A stretch of 48,775 nucleotides of DNA from Candidatus Kaiserbacteria bacterium (GTDB lineage Bacteria; Patescibacteriota; Minisyncoccia; Phycocordibacterales; UBA2100), in the NCBI GenBank assembly GCA_028286865.1, contig JAQBQU010000008.1, forward strand, positions 1 through 48,775, given 5' to 3'. Positions 12,363-20,300 of this stretch are shown here, piece after piece; position 1 is the first letter of the stretch; the number at the start of each line of letters is the position of its first letter. Position numbers and translations under genes: made by a program. Below the pieces are notes generated by a model. The model worked only from the letters and a program-made list of their open reading frames with translations, was not told where the DNA came from and made no database searches.

Positions 12363-14027
12363 TCAACCGGCGAAAAGCACGATCATGGCTGCGAATAATC
12401 CGGCGCTCGCGATCGCAAGTGTCAGAACCGCATTGAATACGACCATCGATTGTATCGATGATTTCGCGCGCGGATTGCGGCCCATAGAAATAACCCCGTA
12501 GTTGGCGTCCGACATAAAGCTCTTGAACGCGAGCGTGAGAGTAAGGGCCGCGATCACACCCGAGAGCAGGTAGCGCACGAGCGCGCGGACCACCTGCATG
12601 TCGATGGAGCCTGAGACCCGACATGAGAGCGATGTACATGTTTGCTCCGCTGAACTTTGACCGGGCGCTGATGCGCCGATGGTCACGTTCACCTTGATCG
12701 TGCCAGATGCAAGCTTCGTACCATCCGGCGCATCGAGCACGACTCCCCCGGTTGCAAATGGCTCAGCTGCGGTCCCCACGATATGCTCGCCGTCCTTTGC
12801 GCGGCGCGCTTTCCCGGGTATCGACGATGTCGTGAGCAGGTCTCCGACTGCGATCGGTCCGTTCTCGAGGGTCACGTTCATAAGTGTAGGACCTGAGCGC
12901 GTCACCGAAATATTCGACGCCTCGTCCGGCTTGAAAACAAGCGCCGGATCTTCCGCCACGACCCCGTATGCGGCAGCATCGTTGGCACCATGTGCGAGCG
13001 TATAGAGCTTCGTATCGGGATCATACGAAATGATATCGCCGTATGCCACGGTATTTCCCGAGAATTTGACCGCGATAGCGACCGGCTGTGTGAATCCCAC
13101 CGGCTCGGATGCGGTCGGTGTTTGCGCTGACGCTGCAGCAGCGACCTGTGCTTGCGCGACCGGTAGAACAGCGACCGGCTGAGGCTCCGCGGGCTGTACA
13201 GTTGCGATCGCGGCACTCGCGGCCATTGACGGTTCTCGTGACTGAGCGAGCGGCATCGATATACGAGATGCCAGCGCAAGAGCGGAGCGGTACGAAGAAT
13301 CGATCGTGCTCTGTATGCCCACTACCGCTATTGAGGGATCTTGAGCAAATTTTCCTAAGGCTACGCTCATAGCAGCGCTTGCGGTCGAAGCGCCGCTGCT
13401 CACATGCAAGGCACTTATCTCGACGCTCGCAACACCCGCGCGCGCCGAATCATATGTCATGCGGGCGAAGACCGGGTCGAAGAGAGAATACGTGCCCAGT
13501 ACGAGGACGAGCGCAAACGCCAATGCCACTACGCGATGGATCATGTCCATCGCCGGCGTGACGACGTGCGTCGGCATGTGAGCCATGGCCTGAGCGGGTA
13601 TCTGTGCGGCCGCCTGAAGCATACCGGGCATGCGGGCCCCTTCTGAGAGCGAGGAAAGTGCACCTCCGGCCGGCTCAAGTACGCGACGGACCTGCTCGCG
13701 GGCCGCAGATACACTCGGCATGTGATCAGATTCTGCCGCGATGATATCAGCGAAGGCCTTTTGCGCCTGCACACCACGCTTTGCGTCGTATTCATTTGCT
13801 CGCTGGCGCGCAAGATCCTTGCGACGAAACTCGTTGGCGTGTTCTTGGGCAAGGATATACGCCTTGATCGATGCCACATTCACGTACCAGCCGCTTTCCT
13901 CCCGTCGCGCATCAAGTATCTTCTTTCTGCAGAGTCTCGAAAGGTAGTCGTGCGACAAATTTGTTTCCAACGCGGCACGACGAAGAGAAGCATATGTGAT
14001 CCCATCAAATTTGATCTCTTCTGACAT
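12363..14027 (-). CDS. Fusion protein: HTH + TM + extracellular fibre-associated domain + ATP synthase c-like hairpin
   Basis: N-terminal HTH (DYLSRLCRKK...WYV); TM VVALAFALVLVLGTYSLF; domain with GDIIS...YGVV...ENGPIAVGDLLTTSSIPGKA...IVGTAAE; two C-terminal hydrophobic helices joined by ISMGRNPRAK; occupies the atpE position. Confidence 0.8.
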   Translation of the reverse strand: MSEEIKFDGITYASLRRAALETNLSHDYLSRLCRKKILDARREESGWYVNVASIKAYILAQEHANEFRRKDLARQRANEYDAKRGVQAQKAFADIIAAESDHMPSVSAAREQVRRVLEPAGGALSSLSEGARMPGMLQAAAQIPAQAMAHMPTHVVTPAMDMIHRVVALAFALVLVLGTYSLFDPVFARMTYDSARAGVASVEISALHVSSGASTASAAMSVALGKFAQDPSIAVVGIQSTIDSSYRSALALASRISMPLAQSREPSMAASAAIATVQPAEPQPVAVLPVAQAQVAAAASAQTPTASEPVGFTQPVAIAVKFSGNTVAYGDIISYDPDTKLYTLAHGANDAAAYGVVAEDPALVFKPDEASNISVTRSGPTLMNVTLENGPIAVGDLLTTSSIPGKARRAKDGEHIVGTAAEPFATGGVVLDAPDGTKLASGTIKVNVTIGASAPGQSSAEQTCTSLSCRVSGSIDMQVVRALVRYLLSGVIAALTLTLAFKSFMSDANYGVISMGRNPRAKSSIQSMVVFNAVLTLAIASAGLFAAMIVLFAG

Positions 14028-14175
14028 AGTTAAAAGGACGACTTATCTATGATAATACTAGACATTCCGACTATTTGATGTGAGATCGCTAAAACATAAT
14101 GGGGATAACAGATAGAAAACTTTTCACAGAAAAAAATCTATAAAAAAGGATCACAACTTCCGGCCGGCACCGACC

Positions 14176-14207
14176 AAAAAAAGAAAAAAGCGGCTCATCG
14201 CCGCTTT
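14176..14207 (-). terminator. Intrinsic terminator after the tandem-HTH gene
   Basis: Stem AAAGCGGC/GCCGCTTT followed by a long T tract on the minus strand, about 18 nt after the stop at 14225. Confidence 0.75.
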
Positions 14208-14224
14208 CTCCCGGAACTTTGTGT

Positions 14225-15139
14225 TTATTTACGCACGTAGGTCATCTCAGGAGCGACCATATTCTCTAAAACATCACCCATTCTCCCGACCGCTGCCCCC
14301 GCGCTTGCCGTAAGTGCGTTCTTGGTCACCGAATTCATGCTCTTGGTAAAGTTGAACGTGTATGTGGACTGCTTCTTAAGCGTTACAAAGCCATACGAAA
14401 GCACGATAACGAACGTAAGCGCTACCCCCGCACCAATGGCTCTAGATATAGTGATATCGGACGTTTTAGCCTTTGGTGCCACGTAAGCGACCGGTCGCTG
14501 TGGTGTCATTGTCGTCAGGCGTGGAGCTGTGCGGACCACGCGTATCGGAATATTGTATTGCTCTCTGAGCTCGTCCTGGACGGGATCAGGCTTTCTATCC
14601 ATCTTCGGCATGAGTTCACGGGTATCGGCCGTGTAATTGAAAAGCGGTGATGATGGCATCGGCGATTCAGCCGGCTTCGGCAGCATAAGCCCTACGGCCT
14701 CCGACTGAACGGCCGCGAGCATCGAGTCCTTCTGAGACTTGTGAGCCAGAAGTCCCTCGCGTTCAATGTACCAGCGGTTGCCGATCTGACGCGAGAGGAT
14801 CTTACCGCCACGCGCGAGCTGCCCGATGTAATCCTGGTTATAAGAGGTTAATTTCGCTGCTCGGGATGCCGAGATGTAATCTTTGCCGTCAAAAGAGACG
14901 ATCGAGTCGATATCAGATGCCTGCTTCGGCGCAGGTACCATCGGTTTATACTGTTCCGCGTTCTTTTGGTATGCGTTCAATGAATCGAGCGATACATACC
15001 ATAGGCCGCCGACACGCTGCGCATCAATGAGCCCGCCGCGGGCGAGTTGCCCGATATAGTCCTGTGCGTAGCCTGTTGAGACGGCCGCCTGCTTGGAGGA
15101 CATGTAGTTCTTGCCTTCGAGAAAGAGCTCATCTGCCAT
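14225..15139 (-). CDS. Membrane protein with two tandem Xis/MerR-like HTH domains
   Basis: Two repeats of GKxY(M/I)SxxxAAxxTxYxQDYIGQLARGGxIxxxxxGxxWY, a Pro-rich linker and one TM (AIGAGVALTFVIVLSYGFV). Confidence 0.85.
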   Translation of the reverse strand: MADELFLEGKNYMSSKQAAVSTGYAQDYIGQLARGGLIDAQRVGGLWYVSLDSLNAYQKNAEQYKPMVPAPKQASDIDSIVSFDGKDYISASRAAKLTSYNQDYIGQLARGGKILSRQIGNRWYIEREGLLAHKSQKDSMLAAVQSEAVGLMLPKPAESPMPSSPLFNYTADTRELMPKMDRKPDPVQDELREQYNIPIRVVRTAPRLTTMTPQRPVAYVAPKAKTSDITISRAIGAGVALTFVIVLSYGFVTLKKQSTYTFNFTKSMNSVTKNALTASAGAAVGRMGDVLENMVAPEMTYVRK

Positions 15140-15152
15140 ATGGCACCAGTAT

Positions 15153-15195
15153 ACATCCGTAAAATACCCGGCTCGGTGTTCCGAGATACGGATGT
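15153..15195. repeat. REP-like palindromic element, copy 2
   Basis: CTCGG-TGTT-CCGAG(ATA) at 15172-15188, nested in ACATCCGTA/TACGGATGT; downstream of gatB. Confidence 0.5.
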
Positions 15196-15216
15196 TGATA
15201 ACTTCTCGGCTGTATT

Positions 15217-16665
15217 TTAGGAAAGTTTCTGCTTGAGAAGGTCACGCAAGATGACCGGGTCGGCCGCTCCGCGGAGTATCTTCATGCACTGACCGAGCAG
15301 GAATTGAAGCGCCGCCTCTTTACCCGCTTTATAGTCGGCGACTACCGTAGGATTCTGATCTATCACCCCTTGCACGGCACTTTCCAGCGCACCTGCGTCC
15401 TGCGTCTGCAGAAGCCCCTTCTTGGTGGCGATCGCCTCAGGATCCGCCCCCGTCGAAACTGCCTCGGCGAGAATGTCCTTGGCGGCTCTCGATGAGATCT
15501 TTTTTGAACGGATCATATCGATCAGCTTTCTGAAATGTGTAGCTGAAATACCGAAGTCGCTTTGCAAGTCCGAATCTCGAGTAAGGGTATCTCGGCCCGC
15601 ACTCACCGCGCGGTCGCGTACGATCTTAATGAGGTCGTTGGCGATGTAGTTACTGGCAAGGACCGATGCGTCAGCATCATACCCGCTTGAGACCTCGTCA
15701 AAGAAATCCCCGAAGCGGGTATCGCGCACGTAGAGATCGGCGTCGTCGGGCTTTATGGCAGCCTTGAGATAGCGTTCGCGGCGCATGTGTGGAAGTTCAG
15801 GCAATGTGGCCTGAAGTGTCTCTGCGTCGAACCCGGGAAGCTCAGAGAGCTTGAGGCTCGGGAGGTCGGGGTCCGGGAAATAACGATAGTCGGCACTTCC
15901 CTCCTTTACGCGCTGTGCGAACGTCTGCTGCTTGGCGTCATCCCAGCCGCGTGTCTCCTGTACGACGGTGCCGCCGGAGCGAAGCAGCTCCTCCTGGCGC
16001 CGTAGTTCATACCGCACCGCGCGCTCCATAACGTTGAAGGAATTGATGTTTTTGATCTCTACCTTGGTGCCCAAGGTCCCGGAATTACTGATGGAAACAT
16101 TCGCTTCGACGCGCATCTCCCCCTTCTCCATGTTGGCATTGCTCACCCCCAAGTAGCGCAGCATGAGCTGCAGTTCGCGTGCGAATTCTCCTGCCTGTTC
16201 AGCGCTGTGAATGACCGGCTCGGTCACGAGCTCCATAAGCGGAACACCGGCGCGATTGTAATCGATGAGCGTCGCCCCGGTCGCATCGTCATGGATGGAG
16301 GAAGCGGTGTCTTCTTCAAGGTGCACGCGCGTGATCTCAACACCTTTGAGAGCACCACCTGACACGAGCGGATATTCATACTGCGAGAGCTGATAGCCCT
16401 TCGGAAGGTCAGGATAAAAATAGCTCTTTCGGTCGAACTCGGTGTAATCGGCAAGACGTGAGCCAAGCGCCACCCCGACGCGCAACACACTTCGCACTGC
16501 CTCTTTATTGATGGCCGGCAGTGTGCCCGGGTGAGCCATGCAGACCTGGCAGATGTTCACATTGGGCCTCGTTTCGTCGGCATCATTGATAGAGCTGCAG
16601 AACATCTTGGTCCTGGTGCGGAGTTCCGCGTGTATCTCCAGACCGATCGTGGGTACGTATTCCAT
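15217..16665 (-). CDS. gatB: Asp-tRNA(Asn)/Glu-tRNA(Gln) amidotransferase subunit B
   Basis: IGLEIHAEL, FDRKSYFYPDLPKGYQLSQ, HLEED, DYNRAGVPLMELVTEP, DYRYFPDPDL; start placed at MEYVPTIGLE. Confidence 0.97.
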   Translation of the reverse strand: MEYVPTIGLEIHAELRTRTKMFCSSINDADETRPNVNICQVCMAHPGTLPAINKEAVRSVLRVGVALGSRLADYTEFDRKSYFYPDLPKGYQLSQYEYPLVSGGALKGVEITRVHLEEDTASSIHDDATGATLIDYNRAGVPLMELVTEPVIHSAEQAGEFARELQLMLRYLGVSNANMEKGEMRVEANVSISNSGTLGTKVEIKNINSFNVMERAVRYELRRQEELLRSGGTVVQETRGWDDAKQQTFAQRVKEGSADYRYFPDPDLPSLKLSELPGFDAETLQATLPELPHMRRERYLKAAIKPDDADLYVRDTRFGDFFDEVSSGYDADASVLASNYIANDLIKIVRDRAVSAGRDTLTRDSDLQSDFGISATHFRKLIDMIRSKKISSRAAKDILAEAVSTGADPEAIATKKGLLQTQDAGALESAVQGVIDQNPTVVADYKAGKEAALQFLLGQCMKILRGAADPVILRDLLKQKLS

Positions 16666-16773
16666 TGTTGCCAATCTAACAATCACAGCCTGAGAGTACA
16701 AGGATAAAGAGGCCTTAAGAAAACGGTCGGAGTATTCAAGCCGCGGCAGTACTTATTTAATCCTCACCACCTG

Positions 16774-16884
16774 ACGCGGCACGCGCCTTGGAGTTTTGGG
16801 GTCTTCGCAGGGCCGACGGGCCCGAGATCGAGGAAATTTGTAGCAACAAATTATCCGACCCCAAAACACTAAGGTGCGTCGCGT
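16774..16884. repeat. Structured intergenic element (long stem enclosing GACG-loop and AGCA-loop hairpins), copy A
   Basis: Arms ACGCGCCTTGGAGTTTTGGGGTC / GACCCCAAAACACTAAGGTGCGT enclose GGGCC-GACG-GGCCC and AATTTGT-AGCA-ACAAATT. Confidence 0.65.
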
Positions 16885-16900
16885 ATATCAATCCTCGCCT

Positions 16901-16953
16901 ATCCGAGCACATCCGAGATATCTTGCGAAATAAGCCTATCTCGGAGTCCGAGA
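16901..16953. repeat. REP-like palindromic element, copy 3
   Basis: TCCGAGATA (16912-16920) / TATCTCGGA (16937-16945), plus palindrome TCTCGGA-G-TCCGAGA; directly after the secA stop. Confidence 0.6.
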
Positions 16954-16959
16954 ACGGCT

Positions 16960-19491
16960 CTAATTAACGATCTTCCACTCACCGCTCTGAAGTAACGGCT
17001 CCGCCTTCTTGAATTTCATTTCTCTTGTCTCGGTACCATTGGTGATCTGTATCTTTTCGTTGCGGTTGAAATCTGATCGCTCGACAGCGGTACCTCGGCT
17101 CGTAATATTGGAAATTGCCTGTCCGACGGCTGTATGTGTCGGATTCGGTTGGACCACGAAAGTAGGGGTGCTGGCAAGGCCTCTCACCGCACCTTTTGCC
17201 TGCTCCGCGTACGTTTCCTCGAGTGTCTGAAAAAGCTTCAATCCTTCTTTTTTGTATTCAACGAGCGGATCTCGCTGCCCGTATGCGCGCAGGTTCACGG
17301 AGCTTCGCAAATATTCCATCGCCTCGAGATGTTCCACCCAAAGAAAGTCGATGCCCTGTAGAAGAATTCGCTGTATGGTCGGATAGAAATTATCCGCCAT
17401 GCTCTTTTTCTTCTCATCAATTATTTTTTCAAGCTCTTCGTCTCCGAGCGAGATTCGCATCAGTTCCTCATCTATCGCCGCATTGCCTCCGGTGAGCAGT
17501 GCATTGCGTCGCGCGTAAATCGATTTACGTTGGATGTTGAGCACGTCATCGTATGAGAGGACGTGTTTGCGCGAATCGAAATTGAGCTCTTCGATGCGCG
17601 ACTGTGCTTTCTCGAGCGAGCGCGTGATCATTGAATTATAGATCGGCTCATCCTCAGGGATCTTGAACGTCCCCATGACCCGCTTGATCATATCCGATGC
17701 GAAGATGCGCATGAGGCTGTCTTCGAGGGATACGAAGAATTGGGTGCTGCCCGGATCCCCCTGGCGGCCTGCACGACCTCGGAGCTGGTTGTCGATGCGG
17801 CGTGCATCGTGCCGCTCGGTGCCGAGTACAAAGAGCCCGCCGAGTCCCCTCACCTCTTCATAGGCCTCCGGAGTGGCGGGATTGCCGCCGAGCTTGATGT
17901 CGACGCCGCGGCCCGCGACGTTGGTCGCGATAGTGACGGCTCCGTGACGGCCCGCCTGCGCGATCACCTCTCCTTCGCGTTCGTGATTCTTCGCGTTGAG
18001 CACCTCATGCGGGATCCCTTCCTGTTTGAAATGCGCCGAGAGGAGTTCGTTCTTTTCTACCGAGACAGTACCCACGAGGACCGGCTGGCCTTTCTGGTGC
18101 AACTCTTTCACATGACGTGCGATCGCGCGGTACTTGCCGGATTCGTTCTGAAAAATGAGGTCATCGAGGTCGGTGCGCGCGATCGCTCGGTTGGTCGGGA
18201 CGACCACGGTATTAAGCCCGTATACCTTATAGAACTCCTCCGACGAGGTGACCGCGGTGCCCGTCATACCGGCGAGCTTCGCATAGAGGCGGAAATAATT
18301 CTGGAATGTGATCGAAGCGAAGGTGCGCGACTCTTTCTGTACCTCGACACCCTCTTTGGCCTCGATAGCCTGGTGGAGGCCGTCGGACCAGCGGCGGCCC
18401 AGTTGCATGCGGCCCGTGAACTCATCGACAATGACGATGTTACCGTTATTGACCACGTAGTCCTTATCGCGCTCGTAAATAGCCTTGGCCCGCACCGCTG
18501 TTTCGAGATGATGTACGAATTTGATACCGGCATCGGTATAGATATTCTCAACACCCAGTGCACGCTCGGCCTTCTCGATGCCGGAGTCGGAGAGAACGAT
18601 CTGGCGATGCTTTTCGTCCGCCGTATAGTCGACATCCTTGGTGAGAGTGTTCGCGATGCCCGCGAACTTCTGGTAGAGCGACTCCGCGTCGGATACCGGC
18701 GCCGACACAATGAGCGGCGTACGCGCTTCGTCGATGAGGATCGAGTCGATCTCGTCGACGATCGCGAAGTTATAGCCGCCGTTATCCGGCAAGCGCTGGC
18801 GAAGGAGCCCCGGCGAGTATTCAAGGTTGTCGCGTAGATAGTCGAAGCCGAACTCATTATTGGTACCGTATGTGATGTCGGCCGCATAGGCCTCGCGACG
18901 CGAAACGTCGCGGAGGAAGTCCTGCTCCACTTTGAAGCTTCCGACCGAGTCGACCTCGGCCTCTTCCTCTTTGCGGACGTCTGCGGGCACCTGTGTCGGA
19001 TCGTATATAAATGATGCTTCGTGATTGATGATACCGACCGAGATACCGAGCGCATCGTAGATCTGCCCCATCCAGACCGCATCGCGGCGGGAGAGATAAT
19101 CATTGACCGTGACCACGTGCACGCCCTTTCCGGTCAGGGCATTGAGATATGCCGGAAGCGTCGCAACGAGCGTCTTGCCTTCACCGGTGCGCATCTCTGC
19201 GATGTCGCCCTGGTGCAGGATCATGCCGCCGATGAGCTGCACATCGAAATGTCTCTGCCCGAGCGTGCGCCTTGATGCTTCGCGCACCACCGCGAAGGCC
19301 TCCGCGGCCAAAGAATCAAGTGACTCACCCTTTTCAAGACGAGAACGGAATTCAACGGTCTTAGCCTTCAATTCCTCATCGGAAAGGGCCAGCATGGCCG
19401 GTTCGAGGGCATTGACCGGTTCGACGATCTTCTGCGCGCGGGTGAGCGCGGCCGTATTCTCGTCGCCGAACAGATTCTTCAGGAATGACAT
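16960..19491 (-). CDS. secA: Preprotein translocase ATPase SecA
   Basis: AEMRTGEGKT, VDEIDSILIDEARTPLI, GRRWSDGLHQAIEAKE, RRIDNQLRGRAGRQGDPG, AYGQRDPLVEYK. Confidence 0.98.
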   Translation of the reverse strand: MSFLKNLFGDENTAALTRAQKIVEPVNALEPAMLALSDEELKAKTVEFRSRLEKGESLDSLAAEAFAVVREASRRTLGQRHFDVQLIGGMILHQGDIAEMRTGEGKTLVATLPAYLNALTGKGVHVVTVNDYLSRRDAVWMGQIYDALGISVGIINHEASFIYDPTQVPADVRKEEEAEVDSVGSFKVEQDFLRDVSRREAYAADITYGTNNEFGFDYLRDNLEYSPGLLRQRLPDNGGYNFAIVDEIDSILIDEARTPLIVSAPVSDAESLYQKFAGIANTLTKDVDYTADEKHRQIVLSDSGIEKAERALGVENIYTDAGIKFVHHLETAVRAKAIYERDKDYVVNNGNIVIVDEFTGRMQLGRRWSDGLHQAIEAKEGVEVQKESRTFASITFQNYFRLYAKLAGMTGTAVTSSEEFYKVYGLNTVVVPTNRAIARTDLDDLIFQNESGKYRAIARHVKELHQKGQPVLVGTVSVEKNELLSAHFKQEGIPHEVLNAKNHEREGEVIAQAGRHGAVTIATNVAGRGVDIKLGGNPATPEAYEEVRGLGGLFVLGTERHDARRIDNQLRGRAGRQGDPGSTQFFVSLEDSLMRIFASDMIKRVMGTFKIPEDEPIYNSMITRSLEKAQSRIEELNFDSRKHVLSYDDVLNIQRKSIYARRNALLTGGNAAIDEELMRISLGDEELEKIIDEKKKSMADNFYPTIQRILLQGIDFLWVEHLEAMEYLRSSVNLRAYGQRDPLVEYKKEGLKLFQTLEETYAEQAKGAVRGLASTPTFVVQPNPTHTAVGQAISNITSRGTAVERSDFNRNEKIQITNGTETREMKFKKAEPLLQSGEWKIVN

Positions 19492-19551
19492 CTGGATATC
19501 CTACCTCAAAACGAGTATTCGCGCGACGGAAACGGTGTCCGCGCGCGACGT

Positions 19552-19588
19552 ACAAAAGCAAAAGGCCCCTCCTTTCGGAGAGGCCTTT
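19552..19588 (-). terminator. Intrinsic terminator of the small basic peptide gene
   Basis: On the minus strand AAAGGCCTCTCC-GAAA-GGAGGGGCCTTTTGCTTTTG, a few nt after the TAG at 19596. Confidence 0.8.
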
Positions 19589-19595
19589 GTGCGGA

Positions 19596-19667
19596 CTATC
19601 GGCGCTTCTTAGTCGCCTTCTTTGCCTTCTTCTTTGAAGTCTTCTTTGCCTTTTTTGCCTTTGCCAT
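19596..19667 (-). CDS. 23-aa Lys/Ala-rich peptide MAKAKKAKKTSKKKAKKATKKRR (histone H1/protamine-like)
   Basis: Translated by hand (ATG 19667, TAG 19596); AAG/GCA-biased codons; followed immediately by a terminator; too short for the ORF track. Confidence 0.75.
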   Translation of the reverse strand: MAKAKKAKKTSKKKAKKATKKRR

Positions 19668-19785
19668 AGAATGTAAATTTTGCTTTGAGTATTAAACTCG
19701 ACCCGCTCCGAAGAAAATATATCTTCAATGCGTTTTATGAATTATTACACCGATGTATGCGAAGTGTGTGAAATAAAAAAATATA

Positions 19786-19795
19786 TGTGGATAAC
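19786..19795. promoter_or_regulatory. DnaA-box match TGTGGATAA(C)
   Basis: Exact reverse complement of TTATCCACA in an AT-rich intergenic region; near matches at 14100 and 15193. Confidence 0.4.
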
Positions 19796-19888
19796 TTCGT
19801 GAAAATATTTTTCAATAATTTTTCGCATTGTATGAATACTTATTCACGTATTTAGTGACGAGCGAGCAAATTCCTTGTTCATACTCAT

Positions 19889-20126
19889 AAAAATAAAAAG
19901 GCGCAGTGCGGAGGACGGGTGCGAGCTCCAAAAAGTGAAAGTCTTATGTGAGTGCCGCCGCCCTCCGCGCTACGTCCTTTGCTACGCGAAAACCTGCAAT
20001 AAGGGTAGCACTGGAGAGATGTTTGGCAACCGTAGGAGGTGATCGGGAGGTCCGAAAACTGAATACCACCCTTTCGGGTGGTATTTCAGGACTTTCATTT
20101 GGAAGCGCAACTTGATTGCACTCACC
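19889..20126 (-). ncRNA. Candidate structured small RNA (family unknown)
   Basis: Bounded by a promoter (20132-20160) and a long hairpin plus T tract (19889-19980); internal GAAA-capped hairpin (20059-20089); long-range complementarities; contains only a 38-codon ORF without an RBS. Confidence 0.4.
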
Positions 20127-20131
20127 CGGAT

Positions 20132-20160
20132 ATTTTACATGTGTGAGCCATAACATACAA
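20132..20160 (-). promoter_or_regulatory. Sigma70-type promoter TTGTAT-17-TAAAAT
   Basis: Plus-strand ATACAA (20155-20160) and ATTTTA (20132-20137) with a 17-bp spacer. Confidence 0.5.
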
Positions 20161-20192
20161 GCGAGCCAGAGGTGTTTCCGATGAAAGCGAGT

Positions 20193-20287
20193 GTGACGAT
20201 GCCTGCAAAAGGCTCCGCGGAGGGCGACGGCCCGAGCGAAACAAAAATTCAGCAGAATTTTATGGTGCCTTTTGCAGGCATCGTCAC
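20193..20287. repeat. Structured intergenic element, copy B
   Basis: Perfect 21-bp inverted repeat GTGACGATGCCTGCAAAAGGC / GCCTTTTGCAGGCATCGTCAC enclosing GGGC-GACG-GCCC and AAAATTC-AGCA-GAATTTT. Confidence 0.7.
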
Positions 20288-20300
20288 CGAGCGCCCCGTT

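Noticed and set aside
14225-15139. Possible subunit a, given its position upstream of the c-like gene
   Set aside because: Only one TM, no a-type conserved Arg helix, and it is separated from the operon by a terminator.
15217-16665. gatB without adjacent gatA/gatC
   Set aside because: Split gat genes are common in reduced genomes and cannot be judged from one window.
19700-19900. Possible replication origin
   Set aside because: Only one perfect DnaA box and one near match; no dnaA/dnaN nearby and no switch in gene orientation.
19889-20126. Assignment of the candidate RNA to RNase P, raiA motif, T-box, SRP or a 16S fragment
   Set aside because: Only short words match (GAAAGTCC, AGGGTGGTA, GATCACCTCCT); the other conserved elements of those families are not visible.
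19944-20156. 70-aa minus ORF from the track
   Set aside because: It starts inside the predicted promoter, crosses strong hairpins and has no recognisable features.
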